The position numbers and the translations under genes were made by a program. This document shows positions 52,499 through 64,000 of a stretch of 64,000 nt of DNA, piece by piece (position 1 is the first letter of the stretch; every line of letters begins with the position of its first letter). Origin of the DNA: Spirogloea muscicola (taxonomy: Eukaryota); the NCBI GenBank assembly GCA_009602725.1, contig WELB01000005.1, forward strand, positions 831,323 to 895,322, given 5' to 3'. The notes under the pieces are model-generated. The model did not search any database. It was not told the DNA's origin and worked only from the letters and a program-made list of their open reading frames with translations.

Positions 52499-55400
52499 TC
52501 AGTCCGGCGTAAGGGCATGGTTGAGAGACGCCTGCGCATGATCCAGCAAGGCTTGCGCCGCAGGACTGCAGGCGTCCAAAGCAGGGCTCTGCTGCACTCG
52601 AGCTGCAAATTCGATGAGCGCTTGTCGCCAATGGTTGGCCTTTGCATCCGCATAGGAGACCTGCAAAACTCATGCCCAGTGCAATATGCAGTAACTTACT
52701 GCCACACTTTCACAAGCGATTATGCACAGTGTGCAGGTTGCATCCTGCAAACCTGTGCTACTGTGCTGTGGGCCAGGCACCGTTACTGTGTCATTGAATG
52801 CTTGGATGCAGCCAATCAGCGACCTGTGCAAGCGCTCTAGAGCCTAACAACCTCAAAATTTGGACCCTGTCTTAATAGTAGCTGCAATCTTACTTTGCGC
52901 TCGTACTCCAGATCCATGGCATGTAATTGTGCAGCAAGATCACTGCCACAGTCCATAAGCTGCTGAGGCCGTCCTTGTAGCAGACCCTCCAACCTCCTCT
53001 TCCTCTTCTGCTGCAGATCCTGTCCTCCTCGTCGTCTTGGCTGCGCAGCTCTGCCCTGCCTGCTGCTGCCATTGTTGCTGGTCCCATTGATGTGAAAAGC
53101 TGGTGGGAGGTTTGCATGTTGGATATGAGAGGTGGACGTAGCTGCAGGCAATGGCAACTCTGGCCCTCTGATGGGGCTTGCCGATCTCCTGGGTACAGAC
53201 AGGCCAATGCCTGCTCCCATACTCAAGCCTACATCCCTCAGGGTGTCAGCGACATCGCTGTTCTCGTCCGAGGTAGCAAGAGGGAGATGCGTAACTCGAG
53301 TTGAACTAGCTTCAGAAGTGAAGCTTCCCAGCCCATCCAAGTGAGCTGGATGAGATATGCTCCGGCTGGGCTGCTTCGGAGCATACTGCTTTTTGGCAGG
53401 AACCACCATGTGGAACTTGCTGAAATCCTGCGCAGACAAGCTTGAGAGTCTGGTACAGAGATGCCCTAGCCTTAGTGACACATCTCTGCCCACTCTTCCT
53501 AGCTCTTCTGATCTCCTGACGGTCTGGCTCGTCAATAGCTTGACTTGTGACATCAACCATTGACTGAATAGCCCAAGAGCATGATATCTGGATCCTGCGT
53601 CCACGTCATAGAAGCTAGCATACATGAGTAATCTGCTCATTCAGCACAGAGGAAGCGATGGCACCTTACCACTGACCTCCTACCACTAGGCTGCCTGGTA
53701 ACCATGGTGCTGTCGCCAGGACACAGTGACGTTTATGTCAAGAGATGGAATAAAATTCACGAAGCGTCAGAAAACAGCAAGGTGGGCTGGAAGGCGCCCT
53801 ACTCTTGGGCTACGCAGGGTCAGCAGATAGACAGTTCCATGCAGACGTTTGGCAGTAGTAAGCATCTGTGCGGTACCAAAATCGATGGTTGTGACGGATG
53901 TCGCTGGGCCGATATGAATGCCGTGCTGCAGAAGAAGCGCTGGATGAAGTAAGCAACTTTGGCTCTGGCAACTCTGACCAGGCAAGACATCAAACAGTGT
54001 AGAGGTCAACAACCTTGCAACTTGGAGGATGTCGAAGCATCAACGCCCTCCAGGAGCACAAGCACTTCCATGTCACAGCGTTCCATCATCTGTTCAAGAC
54101 AGCCACACCCGCAACGTCATCACACCTTTCTCACAGGACTAGTCATAAAGCTCAAGAGCTCGTCTCGACCAGGCCAGCATGTCAAATTGACAGAGTGACA
54201 CAGCAAATATCCCTGATTGCGACATACCCACAATTTGACGAGTAGTGTCTCACGAAAGTGAACGCACAGGGTGACTGTCGTGACCTTGTCCTGCCACGTT
54301 CTACTGCTGACATCTCACAACACCAAATGACTTATACAGCAAAACCGTCTCAAACAAAGGGTCAACTAGATCCAGTCACTGGACAAAGGGAGTCGATGAG
54401 ATCTCCATTCTACACAACGCCATGCTCGCTCAAGACCTTCCCTCAAGTCTCCACAGTGTTGTTGATCCAGCTTACCGCGAAGGAGAGGCCGAAGAGGGGG
54501 CTGCTAGCTGTGATTGGGTGAGACACGATGCAAGGTAATCCCAGAAAGACCTGGCTTCCACCGAGGACCTGCAGAAGCAGTGAAGAACGTTACCATCAAT
54601 TTAGCAGAATCATCACGAGCTGCGTCTAGTAGATGGAGGTATCAGCGGGGGGTTGAGCTTGGGGATTGACCGTACAGGGAGTGAGGTGAAGCGGAAGACA
54701 CTCTCTTCCTCGTCAGTGAGGATGTTATTCAAAGCCACCAACATTCGCACATTCGCCTGTACTCATGCATTTACCACATTTTATGTCAAACTTGACATCA
54801 ATAAGGCCACCACCACCAGCTATTTTCTGTCTGAAAAAGAATGACACAAGTACAAAGAAGCGCTGGTAATGAGTACTATCTTAAGGAAGAGATGATTGGA
54901 TGTGACTTTCCTCACCTCAATAACCTGATGCTTGCGAATGTTGGCCACACGGACTGAGAGGCACGGCACACCAGAATCCTAGACATTATTACCACATGCT
55001 AAGCTTGTGAGAGTCCAACTTGCAATCAATATTGCAAACTAGTCTGTCACAGGATGCATATGCCAGGAAAACAGTCCTACACTTCAGATTCCTCCAAAAC
55101 TGCAGAAACAGAAATGGAGGGTTCCACCCAGGAGTTTTGCACTCTACTGACCTCATTAAGGACCATGGTGTGGGAGAAGACTATGGTGGATGCACGCCTT
55201 GTTGGTCGAGAGAAACGAGCATACACCACTCCCAGGAGAGAGTAAGCTACAAGTAAGCTTGCTACTGACTGAAAGGTCACCATGAGGTTGGTAATGGGAC
55301 AGTGGGGATCTGGCGTGAGCTCCCCACCATAACCTACATTTTAGGTGGGAGAAACTTAATCTCGTCAATGAGAGGCAATATGAGGATGTAGACGACCAGG

Positions 55401-56887
55401 GAGGTATTAGGAATGGCGTACTAACGTCCAACCTACGTAAGAAGCAAGTGGGGGGATGCTGACCTATTGTCATCGAGGTCTGAACACTGCGACAAAAAGG
55501 GGGGAAAAAGGTGCAAAAAGATAGAGCAAGGTAAGAGTATGGTCAAGCTTGTACATGCCACCACAATGCTCCTCTTGTACATGAATTTGTCGTTTACTTC
55601 ATTGGTCAATCAAGTCCGAGGTGACGGTCTCGCCTAGATTCTGCATCGATAACCTGGAGAACTCACCTAAACCAGACAGCATGCTGAAAGGAAGTCACGC
55701 CAGGTATGCAATTGTTATTGTATGCCTGCAGATCACATATACGTCAATAGAGTTGGTGAGAGAGCGTGCTCACTGTCCTATTCTCCGTTTCTCAAAAGCC
55801 ATGCTTGCACACAAAGTGCAGTAGGCATTGCTCAGGATGTCTGTGACACTTTATCTATGCTGCAAAAGAATGATCTCATCTGAGATGCGAAGTCACTAAT
55901 GAAGATGGCTCCCCAAGTACATTTTGTCTGAGAGATGCAAAGTAGCAGGGTATGAAGATGGTGCCGATCCTTACATCGTACCAAAAGGGCACGGCAAAGG
56001 TCACGAAGAGCGTGAAATAGGTGAAGAACAATACGACCGTGAATCGCCAGCTCGGCATCTGTGAGGCAGGACAGAGGCCAGAGGCCAGAGGCCAGGTCAC
56101 TGCAAGCTCATCTTCCATAGGCAAGTGATATTTCCATAAGTGCCTCGACATGCAGCAGAACAGCCAGGACAGTGCTGGTAGGGACTGGCACAGATGAACA
56201 GCTTGGCTCAGAAGGGCATGCAGAATGGAAGAAGCGGACATTGACAAGCGTGTGGAAGAGGTCTCCCCAGTACAGAAACGTCTTGGGATACCCACGCATC
56301 TCTATGTTGAGCCGCCCCCTGCAGCCAAGTTTGGCACCGTGGCGTAGGCTCGTCAAGTGAACATCGTGCTGCACAGCTAGCCCAGGAGGTGGGTGGTCTG
56401 GAAGCTGCCCACAATCTCCAGCGTGCATGACATCCCCACCAGCTCGAATCTGATCCAGTACCCCATCCCATGGGTGGCCCAGCTTGAAGGCGGCAAGCTT
56501 GAAGGAGGCCACTTGGGGCCGCAGATTGGCAGCAATGCGTACGATCCCCTTTCCCCCTTGCCAAGGTGTGCAAGTGCTCAAGACAAGCGGCCGACTGGCA
56601 CGGCAAGCCACGCTGGTCGACGTCGTTGACTAGAAGAGCTCTGCATGGGCGGCGGTGCCTCGGAGCCCAGCGAGGCGGGGCCGGAGCCAAGCCGGGCGCT
56701 GGCCACGCACAGCCTCCTCTCCAGTGGCTCCTCAGGCTCTCCGACTGCAGCGGTTCCGCGACAAGTCGAGGCGTGGCACTCACTTGGCGTCGACGAGGGG
56801 CAGCTTGCGGCATCTGCCGTGGCCGGCGGGGGCGTCGGCGGCGCCGCCGCCGCCTCCTCGGCCGCTGCCGCCGGCGGCGTCGCTGCC
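52499..56887 (-). CDS. Inward-rectifier (Kir/IRK-family) potassium channel with long C-terminal tail; 5' end in the gap
   Basis: GRLNIE, slide helix YWGDLFHTL, TM1 WRFTVVLFFTYFTLFVTFAVPFW, CIPGVTSFQHAVWFS/VQTSMTIG/YG filter, PDPHCP, TM2 ..GVVYARFSRPTRRASTIVFS, CLSVRVANIRKHQVIE, VSHPITASSPLF, EVLVLLEGVD. Stop at 52499. Confidence 0.9.
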
Positions 56888-57452
56888 NNNNNNNNNNNNN
56901 NNNNNNNNNNNNNNNNNNNNNNNNNNNNNNNNNNNNNNNNNNNNNNNNNNNNNNNNNNNNNNNNNNNNNNNNNNNNNNNNNNNNNNNNNNNNNNNNNNNN
57001 NNNNNNNNNNNNNNNNNNNNNNNNNNNNNNNNNNNNNNNNNNNNNNNNNNNNNNNNNNNNNNNNNNNNNNNNNNNNNNNNNNNNNNNNNNNNNNNNNNNN
57101 NNNNNNNNNNNNNNNNNNNNNNNNNNNNNNNNNNNNNNNNNNNNNNNNNNNNNNNNNNNNNNNNNNNNNNNNNNNNNNNNNNNNNNNNNNNNNNNNNNNN
57201 NNNNNNNNNNNNNNNNNNNNNNNNNNNNNNNNNNNNNNNNNNNNNNNNNNNNNNNNNNNNNNNNNNNNNNNNNNNNNNNNNNNNNNNNNNNNNNNNNNNN
57301 NNNNNNNNNNNNNNNNNNNNNNNNNNNNNNNNNNNNNNNNNNNNNNNNNNNNNNNNNNNNNNNNNNNNNNNNNNNNNNNNNNNNNNNNNNNNNNNNNNNN
57401 NNNNNNNNNNNNNNNNNNNNNNNNNNNNNNNNNNNNNNNNNNNNNNNNNNNN
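56888..57452. other. Assembly gap between divergent Kir and SEC-C genes
   Basis: N run. Confidence 0.99.
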
Positions 57453-58871
57453 GGCCCCCACCGCCCCGGCGGCGCCGCGGCGGTGGGCCTCGGGCGCCGC
57501 CGGCGTCTCGTGGCTCTCCAAGCTCCGCGGCGCCCTCGGCATCGGGCACAGCGGCGACGGTGGCGCCGCGCCATCAACGCAGGACCTCACCATGGACCGT
57601 GAGCGCCGGCGCCTCTGCCAGCCTGCCGGCCCACTGGGGCGCTGCCCTTTCCAGCCACGCCTGAGCTTCATGGCTGCTGACGGTCGTGCTCGTGTGGGCT
57701 GCTCGGCGGCCAAGCAGAGTTTGCGGACCAGCTCAGGAAGGCGCGGCAGCTCGGGGCGCTGGCGCCGGGCCGCGGCCAGGCGCGGCTCGCGGCGCAGTCG
57801 CTGCAGGCGCAGGAGGCCATCGTGAGGGCCATGACCCCTCTCGAGCGAGCGCGCCCCGAAGAGGTACGTGCCACTCCATGCGCCTGCGAGGAAGCCCTCG
57901 TGAACGGCTTCAGCTCCGGTCTTGCCTTGCCAGCACCTCGCACTGGTGCTGGGACGCTCGTGTGCCATCTGGGCAGTGCGGGACGGCTGCCAAGCAAGAC
58001 GGATGTGCCGCTTCTCAGGGCATCTCCACCTGCCTGCAGAACACCAGAGGGCAGCTCACGCAGCTGCTTTCTGGGGCGAGCACAGCTGGACGCGGCGCAG
58101 CGGGCGCGTGTGGCAGCTGAGTGCAGCTGTACAGCTGCAGACGTCGACGCTGTCATTGCCAACTACCAGTGGGCGCGCGAGGCGGAGAGGAAGGTCAGCC
58201 AGCTGAAGGAGGCGGGCAAGCCGCTCCCGCAGACTATGCAGGAGGTGGGCCGCAAGTCGCCCCAGCCATGCCCGCTTTCTCTGTGCCGAGGCACCACTTG
58301 TACCTAATCTGACAATGTGTGAAGAGTGTGAGAAGCAGGCAACTTTGCAGCAATCCTATGGTCCAGTTCAGGGCTGCGTCTGCATGAGCAAGTCGCGGTA
58401 CCGCATATGGAGATCATGCACCTGTCACTGCTGTGGAGCTGGGAAAGGTGTCATGCATATGTGGGCCCAAGCTCCCCTGAGAAGAGTCCCCAAGTGCCTA
58501 GAAGGTGTCTGTCGCTGACTGGTCGTAATGTGTGGCGGGATCTAGATCGAAGCTTTGGTTGGAAGCAGGGCCCGCTTTCGGCCTGGTGCCCAGACTGAGC
58601 CTTCCCGCAATGCGCCCTGCCCTTGCGGCAGCGGTGCCAAGTTCAAGCGGTGAGCAGCAGCGTTGCAGCAGTTTTTCGAGATGCCTTCACCTGTCATTTG
58701 GAAAAGCAAAGTAGCAGCTCTGTAGTCTGCCCCATATAGCGGTCTATAATAACACCACATAAGGCCATACAAATCTGAATGAGCTGTGCTTTTCTTTGTC
58801 GTGATGGGTAATATTAGGGTGCTCCTTGAGGTTGCAGATGCTGCGGCTCACAGCGTGCTCGAGCAAGGTAG
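57453..58871 (+). CDS. Plant organellar SEC-C motif protein (SRP54 M-domain-like core, similar to Arabidopsis At3g04950-type proteins); start probably in the gap
   Basis: SWLSKLRG..DLTMDR/FADQLRKARQLG, AAECSCTAADVDAVIANYQWAREA..KEAGKPLPQTM, RNAPCPCGSGAKFKR/CC zinc-binding SEC-C motif. Stop at 58869-58871. Confidence 0.82.
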
Positions 58872-58949
58872 CTTCTGTTGGATAAGCAACCTGTTCTCAA
58901 CGCAATTTTCCTACATGGTAGTTGCTTAATTGTGTATATCAGCACTTTT

Positions 58950-59015
58950 CGGCCCCTTCGGACCTTATTAATTATTTTCGGGCTGGCTTTTTACAGTCCA
59001 GAGATGCCCATTGAA
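58950..59015 (+). mobile_element. Isolated degenerate retrotransposon 3'-end module
   Basis: GGCCCCTTCGGACCTT..CGGGCTGGCTTTTTACAGTCC..CCCATTG resembles the modules at 21677-21750 and 22272-22348. Confidence 0.6.
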
Positions 59016-59278
59016 AGAACTGTTCCTCTCACCTGTTCCTCTCAATCTAAGTACTTCAGTACAAGCAGATGTGGGCCAACGATTAGGGGCAAGCAGACTT
59101 GCAGCACTTTTATCATTATCAGCCATTTGTAGGAAATTTGCTCTTTTATGACGTCGAACTATTCATGACTTGGATAAGGACAGCCCCCATGGTGATGTAT
59201 CTACAAAGAACATGGTGGCTAGGTTTTGTACAAGTGAAATGTATAAGTTTCAGTTACCAATGGGGTAAATATGAAAGA

Positions 59279-61949
59279 CTAGATACTAGATAACATTGAA
59301 GAACTTCGTCGTCGATCAGTGGCCACAAGTCCACTCGCTTTGCTATGGTGTTGTTTCAGCAAACTTCTATATTCGCTTCCTCTAGCCCATTGGTCAATCT
59401 CTCTGGCTCGAAGAACTGGTAAAGGGTGCGATAGTTGCCTGGTCTGTGCATTTCTGCAGCATAGTGATTCACATCTGAGCATGAGACTGGTGTGAGCATG
59501 GCACTGTGAGCTGGTTCTGTGCAGTTGTCATCCTATCCATGTCCTAGAGCGGTGGAGCCAATCTATGTTTTTGCTTGTTATGAAGGGCATATTACCCAGC
59601 TTGGAGCATGTCAAAGAGGGTGCTCGGGTCATGTACAAGAGGGGTAACAAGGCTGCGGTACCTCAGATACCAGCCAAAGGGGCTGCTTGAAGCCTCGTCA
59701 TAAGAACGAGCCTGCTGCAGAAAGGCATCTACACTGAGGTGCTCCGCTAGGGAGGGGCAGCCACCTGCAAGCTTCATCAAGACAGAAACTACCACCTGCA
59801 GCAGATGGTGCCATTGTTTACACGTATCACAGCGCTCGCCAAAAATATTGCTGCTTCAATGGGCAACATGCACTTGGACCTGTGCGCCAGATTGCCGACT
59901 GTTTGCTATCAGAATCTCCACAAGACCCAGGCAAGAGGGTTGTGCACGTTTTGCATACCTTGGGATCCTGAGCGACAAGCAGCGCTGCTCGATCACAGGT
60001 GAGCTCAGCTGACCGCAACCACCTCATGAGTCGCTCTTCCAAATTCCTAGCGATGATAGCTCCCAGACCTGCCTCCAGACGAGAGTGAAGTCCGACTAGA
60101 GAATTAGCACCTGAGACTAGCTGAGACGAGTCAGAAGCATACAAGGACAGGAGTCATGACATTTGTTTGACAAGACGTTGCCAGTCCCAGTACAGTATAC
60201 GCACTACCTGGCAAGGAGTTGGCTCCCAGCGCAAGGATATTAGCGAAGGTTAGCCAGATTCCATGATCGCACTTGAGATGCCCAAGTTCGTGAGCCAACA
60301 CGGCCTGCAAAGAAATCCATATTTGAACCTTTAGCTATACACACAAAATTTTGCAGATAGCATGTTGTGATGCACCACACTGAAAGATAACCTCAGACTA
60401 AGCAGTGCTACAACATGACGGTGACAAGGTAGTGAAGGCGACATACCTGCAGCTCAGCTGGGCTAAGAAGCTCAATCAAGCTCGTGTGAATGACAACGAA
60501 GGGCTTCCTTCCAGCAATAGCAAGGGTGTAAGCATTTGGTACGGGATTCTGCCTGACGTACAGGTCTGGAGGGTCTATATCAAGGATCTCAGCTGCCTCC
60601 AGCATGAGATCGTGCAGGTTACTGAGCTGGCATCAGATGAGAAATTTACGTAGTCATTGCCGGAGTGACCCAACCTGGCTGACCCAACTTGATGCTACAA
60701 CTTGGGAGGAGACAAGACGAGCACATGCTGCAAGCAACACCAGAAACAAGGCACCAGCTGTGGGAAGACTGTGAGACATGCCGCCCATGCTCCCTCCACA
60801 CACTCTCTTGCATGCATAACTATGCCCAATGAAGACTGTGGACACGCATGAGCATACCTGACGCCTTCCAACTAGCACGGATGTGCCAATGTTCTCCAAG
60901 ATCATCACTTGCTCTGCTACAGGACCTGCTCAATGACTTTCAGTTGTGTTAGCAGGCTACAGCAGGGATGTTGCAGTTGAGCTTTCTCTAACCGTCTACA
61001 CAATAGCTCAAACGAATCTGTTGACAGTATCTTACCAAGGAGAAGCTTCCCCAGCTCGCTAAGGCCGGGAATAGCCCGCAGCAAGGTGGTGTTCTGTAAG
61101 CAGACGAGAGAGTGGGTTCAGAGCGATGATGTTGCTGGATCGGGACCCTGCATATGTACAGATGTTATCACACGTGGAGCATTCAAAGTGGATGCTTACT
61201 GATCGTCAACCCAGAAGACAAGATTTGTCAGGCGATACCCAAGCTTGGCGTGACAGACTGCGTGAGGAGCACATTGTGTTAAAACAGCACTAGCCTCGAT
61301 CTGTAAAGGAAACCAAGAGCACACCTGTTGATCGAGCGGGTGTCTGAAGCTATCGGGACTGAGGTTGACAAACTTGACCACTGGCGAAGCCCTCACCACG
61401 GGCTGGCGCCACATCAGCGGCCTTGCTTCTCCCTACACGGCCGATCATAAAGGGGTGTCAATACATCTATGGGCACGGCCTCCTCTCAAAGCATCGGTAG
61501 GGCGCGCCTAACTCTCAGTGCGTAGTGCAAGCGCATCGCCCAGGCAGGGCCTCCTCGCAGCTCCTCGCAGCTATGCTTAGGGTTTAGTTGCGGCAACAAG
61601 GGCTGGTGCACCTTGCCTGGCTCAGTTAGGCTGGCCTGCCAGATCAATTCCAGGACATACCCTCATTGGCTTCAGGAGTGTCGTGGCAGTGGCGAAGGTG
61701 CCACTCACCGAGGCCTCGGTCGGCGCCGCCGCCCAGGTGGCCGGGAGGCAGCCCGCAGCTTGCAGCTTCCGCGAGCCGAGTCGTGGCAAGCGCGCCCGCG
61801 GCGCCGCGTGCTTCCTCGACAGCACCAGCCCCCGCGCGGCGGCCGCGCCGGCAGAAAGGCTGGCGCCGCGGCGGGAGGAGGCTCGCGCCGTCGCGGCGCC
61901 GCTGCAGCCCGGGCATGGCGGCACGGCCGGCTCTGCCGCCGCTGGACAT
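59279..61949 (-). CDS. PGM48: M48-family zinc metallopeptidase, plastoglobular PGM48-like; start approximate
   Basis: FRHPLDQQ/NTTLLRAIPGL, ILENIGTSVLV, PDLYVRQNPVPNAYT, AVLAHELGHLKCDH (HExxH), WLRSAELTCDRAALLVAQD, SHPLPVLRAREID. Stop at 59279. Confidence 0.93.
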
Positions 61950-62084
61950 GGTGGCGCCGGGGCGGGCGGGCTGCGATGGCGAGGTGCAGGCGGGCCAGGC
62001 GGCGGCGGCGCGAGAGCGGCGAGCGACCGCGGCGTCGACGAGGGGAAGCGACGAGAGAGCGGCTGCTGACGACAGAAAAGATGT

Positions 62085-62475
62085 CAAAAGGAGCGGCTGG
62101 AAAAGCCAGCCAGGTGCATTCAGAGGGGAAGCGGCGCCCTTGTCGTGGGGAGGCAAATCTCTGTCAGTAGTGGGACGGTTAGCTTGGGGCATTCTAGCGT
62201 CCCGCAAGCCATCGTTGCATGCTATAGAATGCGGCTATCATAGAGTCTGCCGCGCTCCCAGGCACTCGCGATACACCAGCGTGCTGGTCGTGCATTAGCC
62301 CAGGCTAATGGCTTCCGTGGTGGTGGTTTGGCGCCTCAGTATTGCATGTCAGATATGCATGTTTTCAATCGGGGATATTAGTGTCCCCCTTAGCCAGCTC
62401 ATAACCCAGTCAACAGGACATTTATAAGGCTAGAATTGGCCTCCCTTTCAATTTCATGCGCACCGCGCGCCTTCT
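62085..62475 (+). mobile_element. Degenerate CRE-like fragment, subfamily E, upstream of PGM48
   Basis: YRMRLS*SLPRSQALAIHQRAGRALAQANGFRGGGLAPQYCMSDMHVFNRGY* (stop 62381), followed by GGCCTCCC..TTTCATGCGCACCGCGCGCCTT. Inverted hairpin module at ~62093-62111. Confidence 0.75.
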
Positions 62476-64000
62476 CTCGTCAGAGGGAAAGTAGGATTCA
62501 GTATATTGGCCCTTCCTTTCCCAGAGTCCTCTGGGTGTTTTTCGCAAGCCTTCTGTCCTGATTTGAGGGGCACACTTTTGTCTTGAGCAATGGTTGTTTC
62601 CATCGAGGATTAAGCTTTTGACTAAATCTGTTCTTAAATTCCTTGACATCTCAGTGTTGATGATAGCAGACTTCGGGAATGGGCAAACTTGAGCAGTCGG
62701 GAGCATCCTGTCCTGCCAAGAAGGTCTGTACGACTGCACTGGTGCAGACCTGCGTAGGGGCGAAGTCTCACATCCTGGAAGTGCTCTATTCAACAAGCTG
62801 TGGCTGTATGGCCGACAATGTGGCCGCCTGCTTGATGTCTTGGAAGACTAGCAACAATGCCCATCGCGCACCTCTAGGAGTACGCTGACCAGGCCTGTGA
62901 CCTTTTTGCAGGTCACTATTGTTACGGGATCCGCCTGATGGCCGCCGCACATAGATAATGTTATGGTGGCCGGCCACATTGTCGCCCATCCGTGCACTGC
63001 CTCTTGAGATTCCCTCTCCTCAGCTTCACTGAGCCGCCCATCCTACTCGAAAAGACGTTGAGGTCCCTGCCCTTGTGTCAAAGCAATCTTTGCCCATATT
63101 GCCTGTAAGCACTATCCAGCACTTGAAAATTGCTGTTACAGAGTAGTAGCTGCTCTGAGACCTCTTGCTCTATCAGCTGACGCCCATCAAAGTGGTCACA
63201 CTTTGGCTTGTCAGCATCTAGAATTGTCGCCTTTTAGTAAGCGTGCAAGCATTTGATGGCATGATGCCTGTTGCGAAGGGGTTTTTGGGTGCGTTAAATC
63301 CTGGCTGGATCTGCTCCATACAGAGTAGTCACGCCTGGGGTATTCCCTCCTGATGTATTCATATGAAATGTATGAGAGGTAGCTTGACGCTCGGCCTACC
63401 AATGCTGCAACACCACGAATCTTAAATTACAAAGCTCACTCATACGACATTCCGTATGCACATATCCATCGCACTAATTTCTTCTTGTAGAAAGTATCAT
63501 ACACTTGAGGACCCCAATACCCAGCAGAGAAGGCCAGCTTGACTTCCGTGCTGTATGAATGTGTGTAAGCAATGTGTAAGCAAGTGGCCCCTTCAGTCGA
63601 ACGAGCTCTGCACATATGTCATGGTGGAACTTAAGGATTTGCATGACTGCTTTGCCAGCCCGTCAAGATTTGAGGCTCAGAGAGCTTACTGCATACCTCC
63701 TTGCAGTACTGACGGCAATCTATATGCTTGACCCACAGTGACGTGCTACTCGTTTTGCATGCACTTCTAAGCTTCATTGACGTACAGTAGCCAGTTCATT
63801 CTTCTCTCACGCCAGATATGGAAGGATGTGAGAACACCATGCTTGCTGATACACAAGCGAATCGAAGCCTTCCAAACATTTGATTGAGACAGGACCTCGA
63901 GCTTGCTGGCAAGGCCACAGATCACGTGCATGTGAGGAGAAGCCTTTTCTCCACAAGGGCTGACATGTGTTATCAACAGCCTTACTCTATAAGTGGCAGC

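Noticed and set aside
62500..64000. Possible 3' exons of a minus-strand gene entering from the window end
   Set aside because: Several short open stretches exist, but I could not recognise a product or build a consistent exon chain.

Overview
GC-rich, intron-rich eukaryotic nuclear DNA. The genes are plant-like and the genome is compact, so a streptophyte green alga is the most likely source (inference). There are three N-gaps. I recognise about 13 spliced protein genes: MED13, a GH10 xylanase with CBM, SGR2-like PA-PLA1/DDHD, chlorophyllase, LARP1, BUD22/SRFBP1-like, a tandem retropepsin-like aspartic protease, mitoribosomal mL54, LPAT2-like, p31comet, a Kir-type K+ channel, a SEC-C motif protein and a PGM48-like M48 peptidase. 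The most striking unexplained structure is a set of 5'-truncated non-LTR retrotransposon fragments with a restriction-like endonuclease (CRE-like). They fall into about six diverged subfamilies and share a C-terminal D-L/M-x-L/V-L/F-x-R-G/S/A-Y-stop tail. Most end in a GGGCTG..CAGCCC hairpin plus a pyrimidine tail rather than poly(A). They are piled in nested stacks just upstream of almost every fully sequenced gene start, and are nearly absent from introns and convergent spacers. Exon boundaries were read by eye, so gene extents are approximate where noted.
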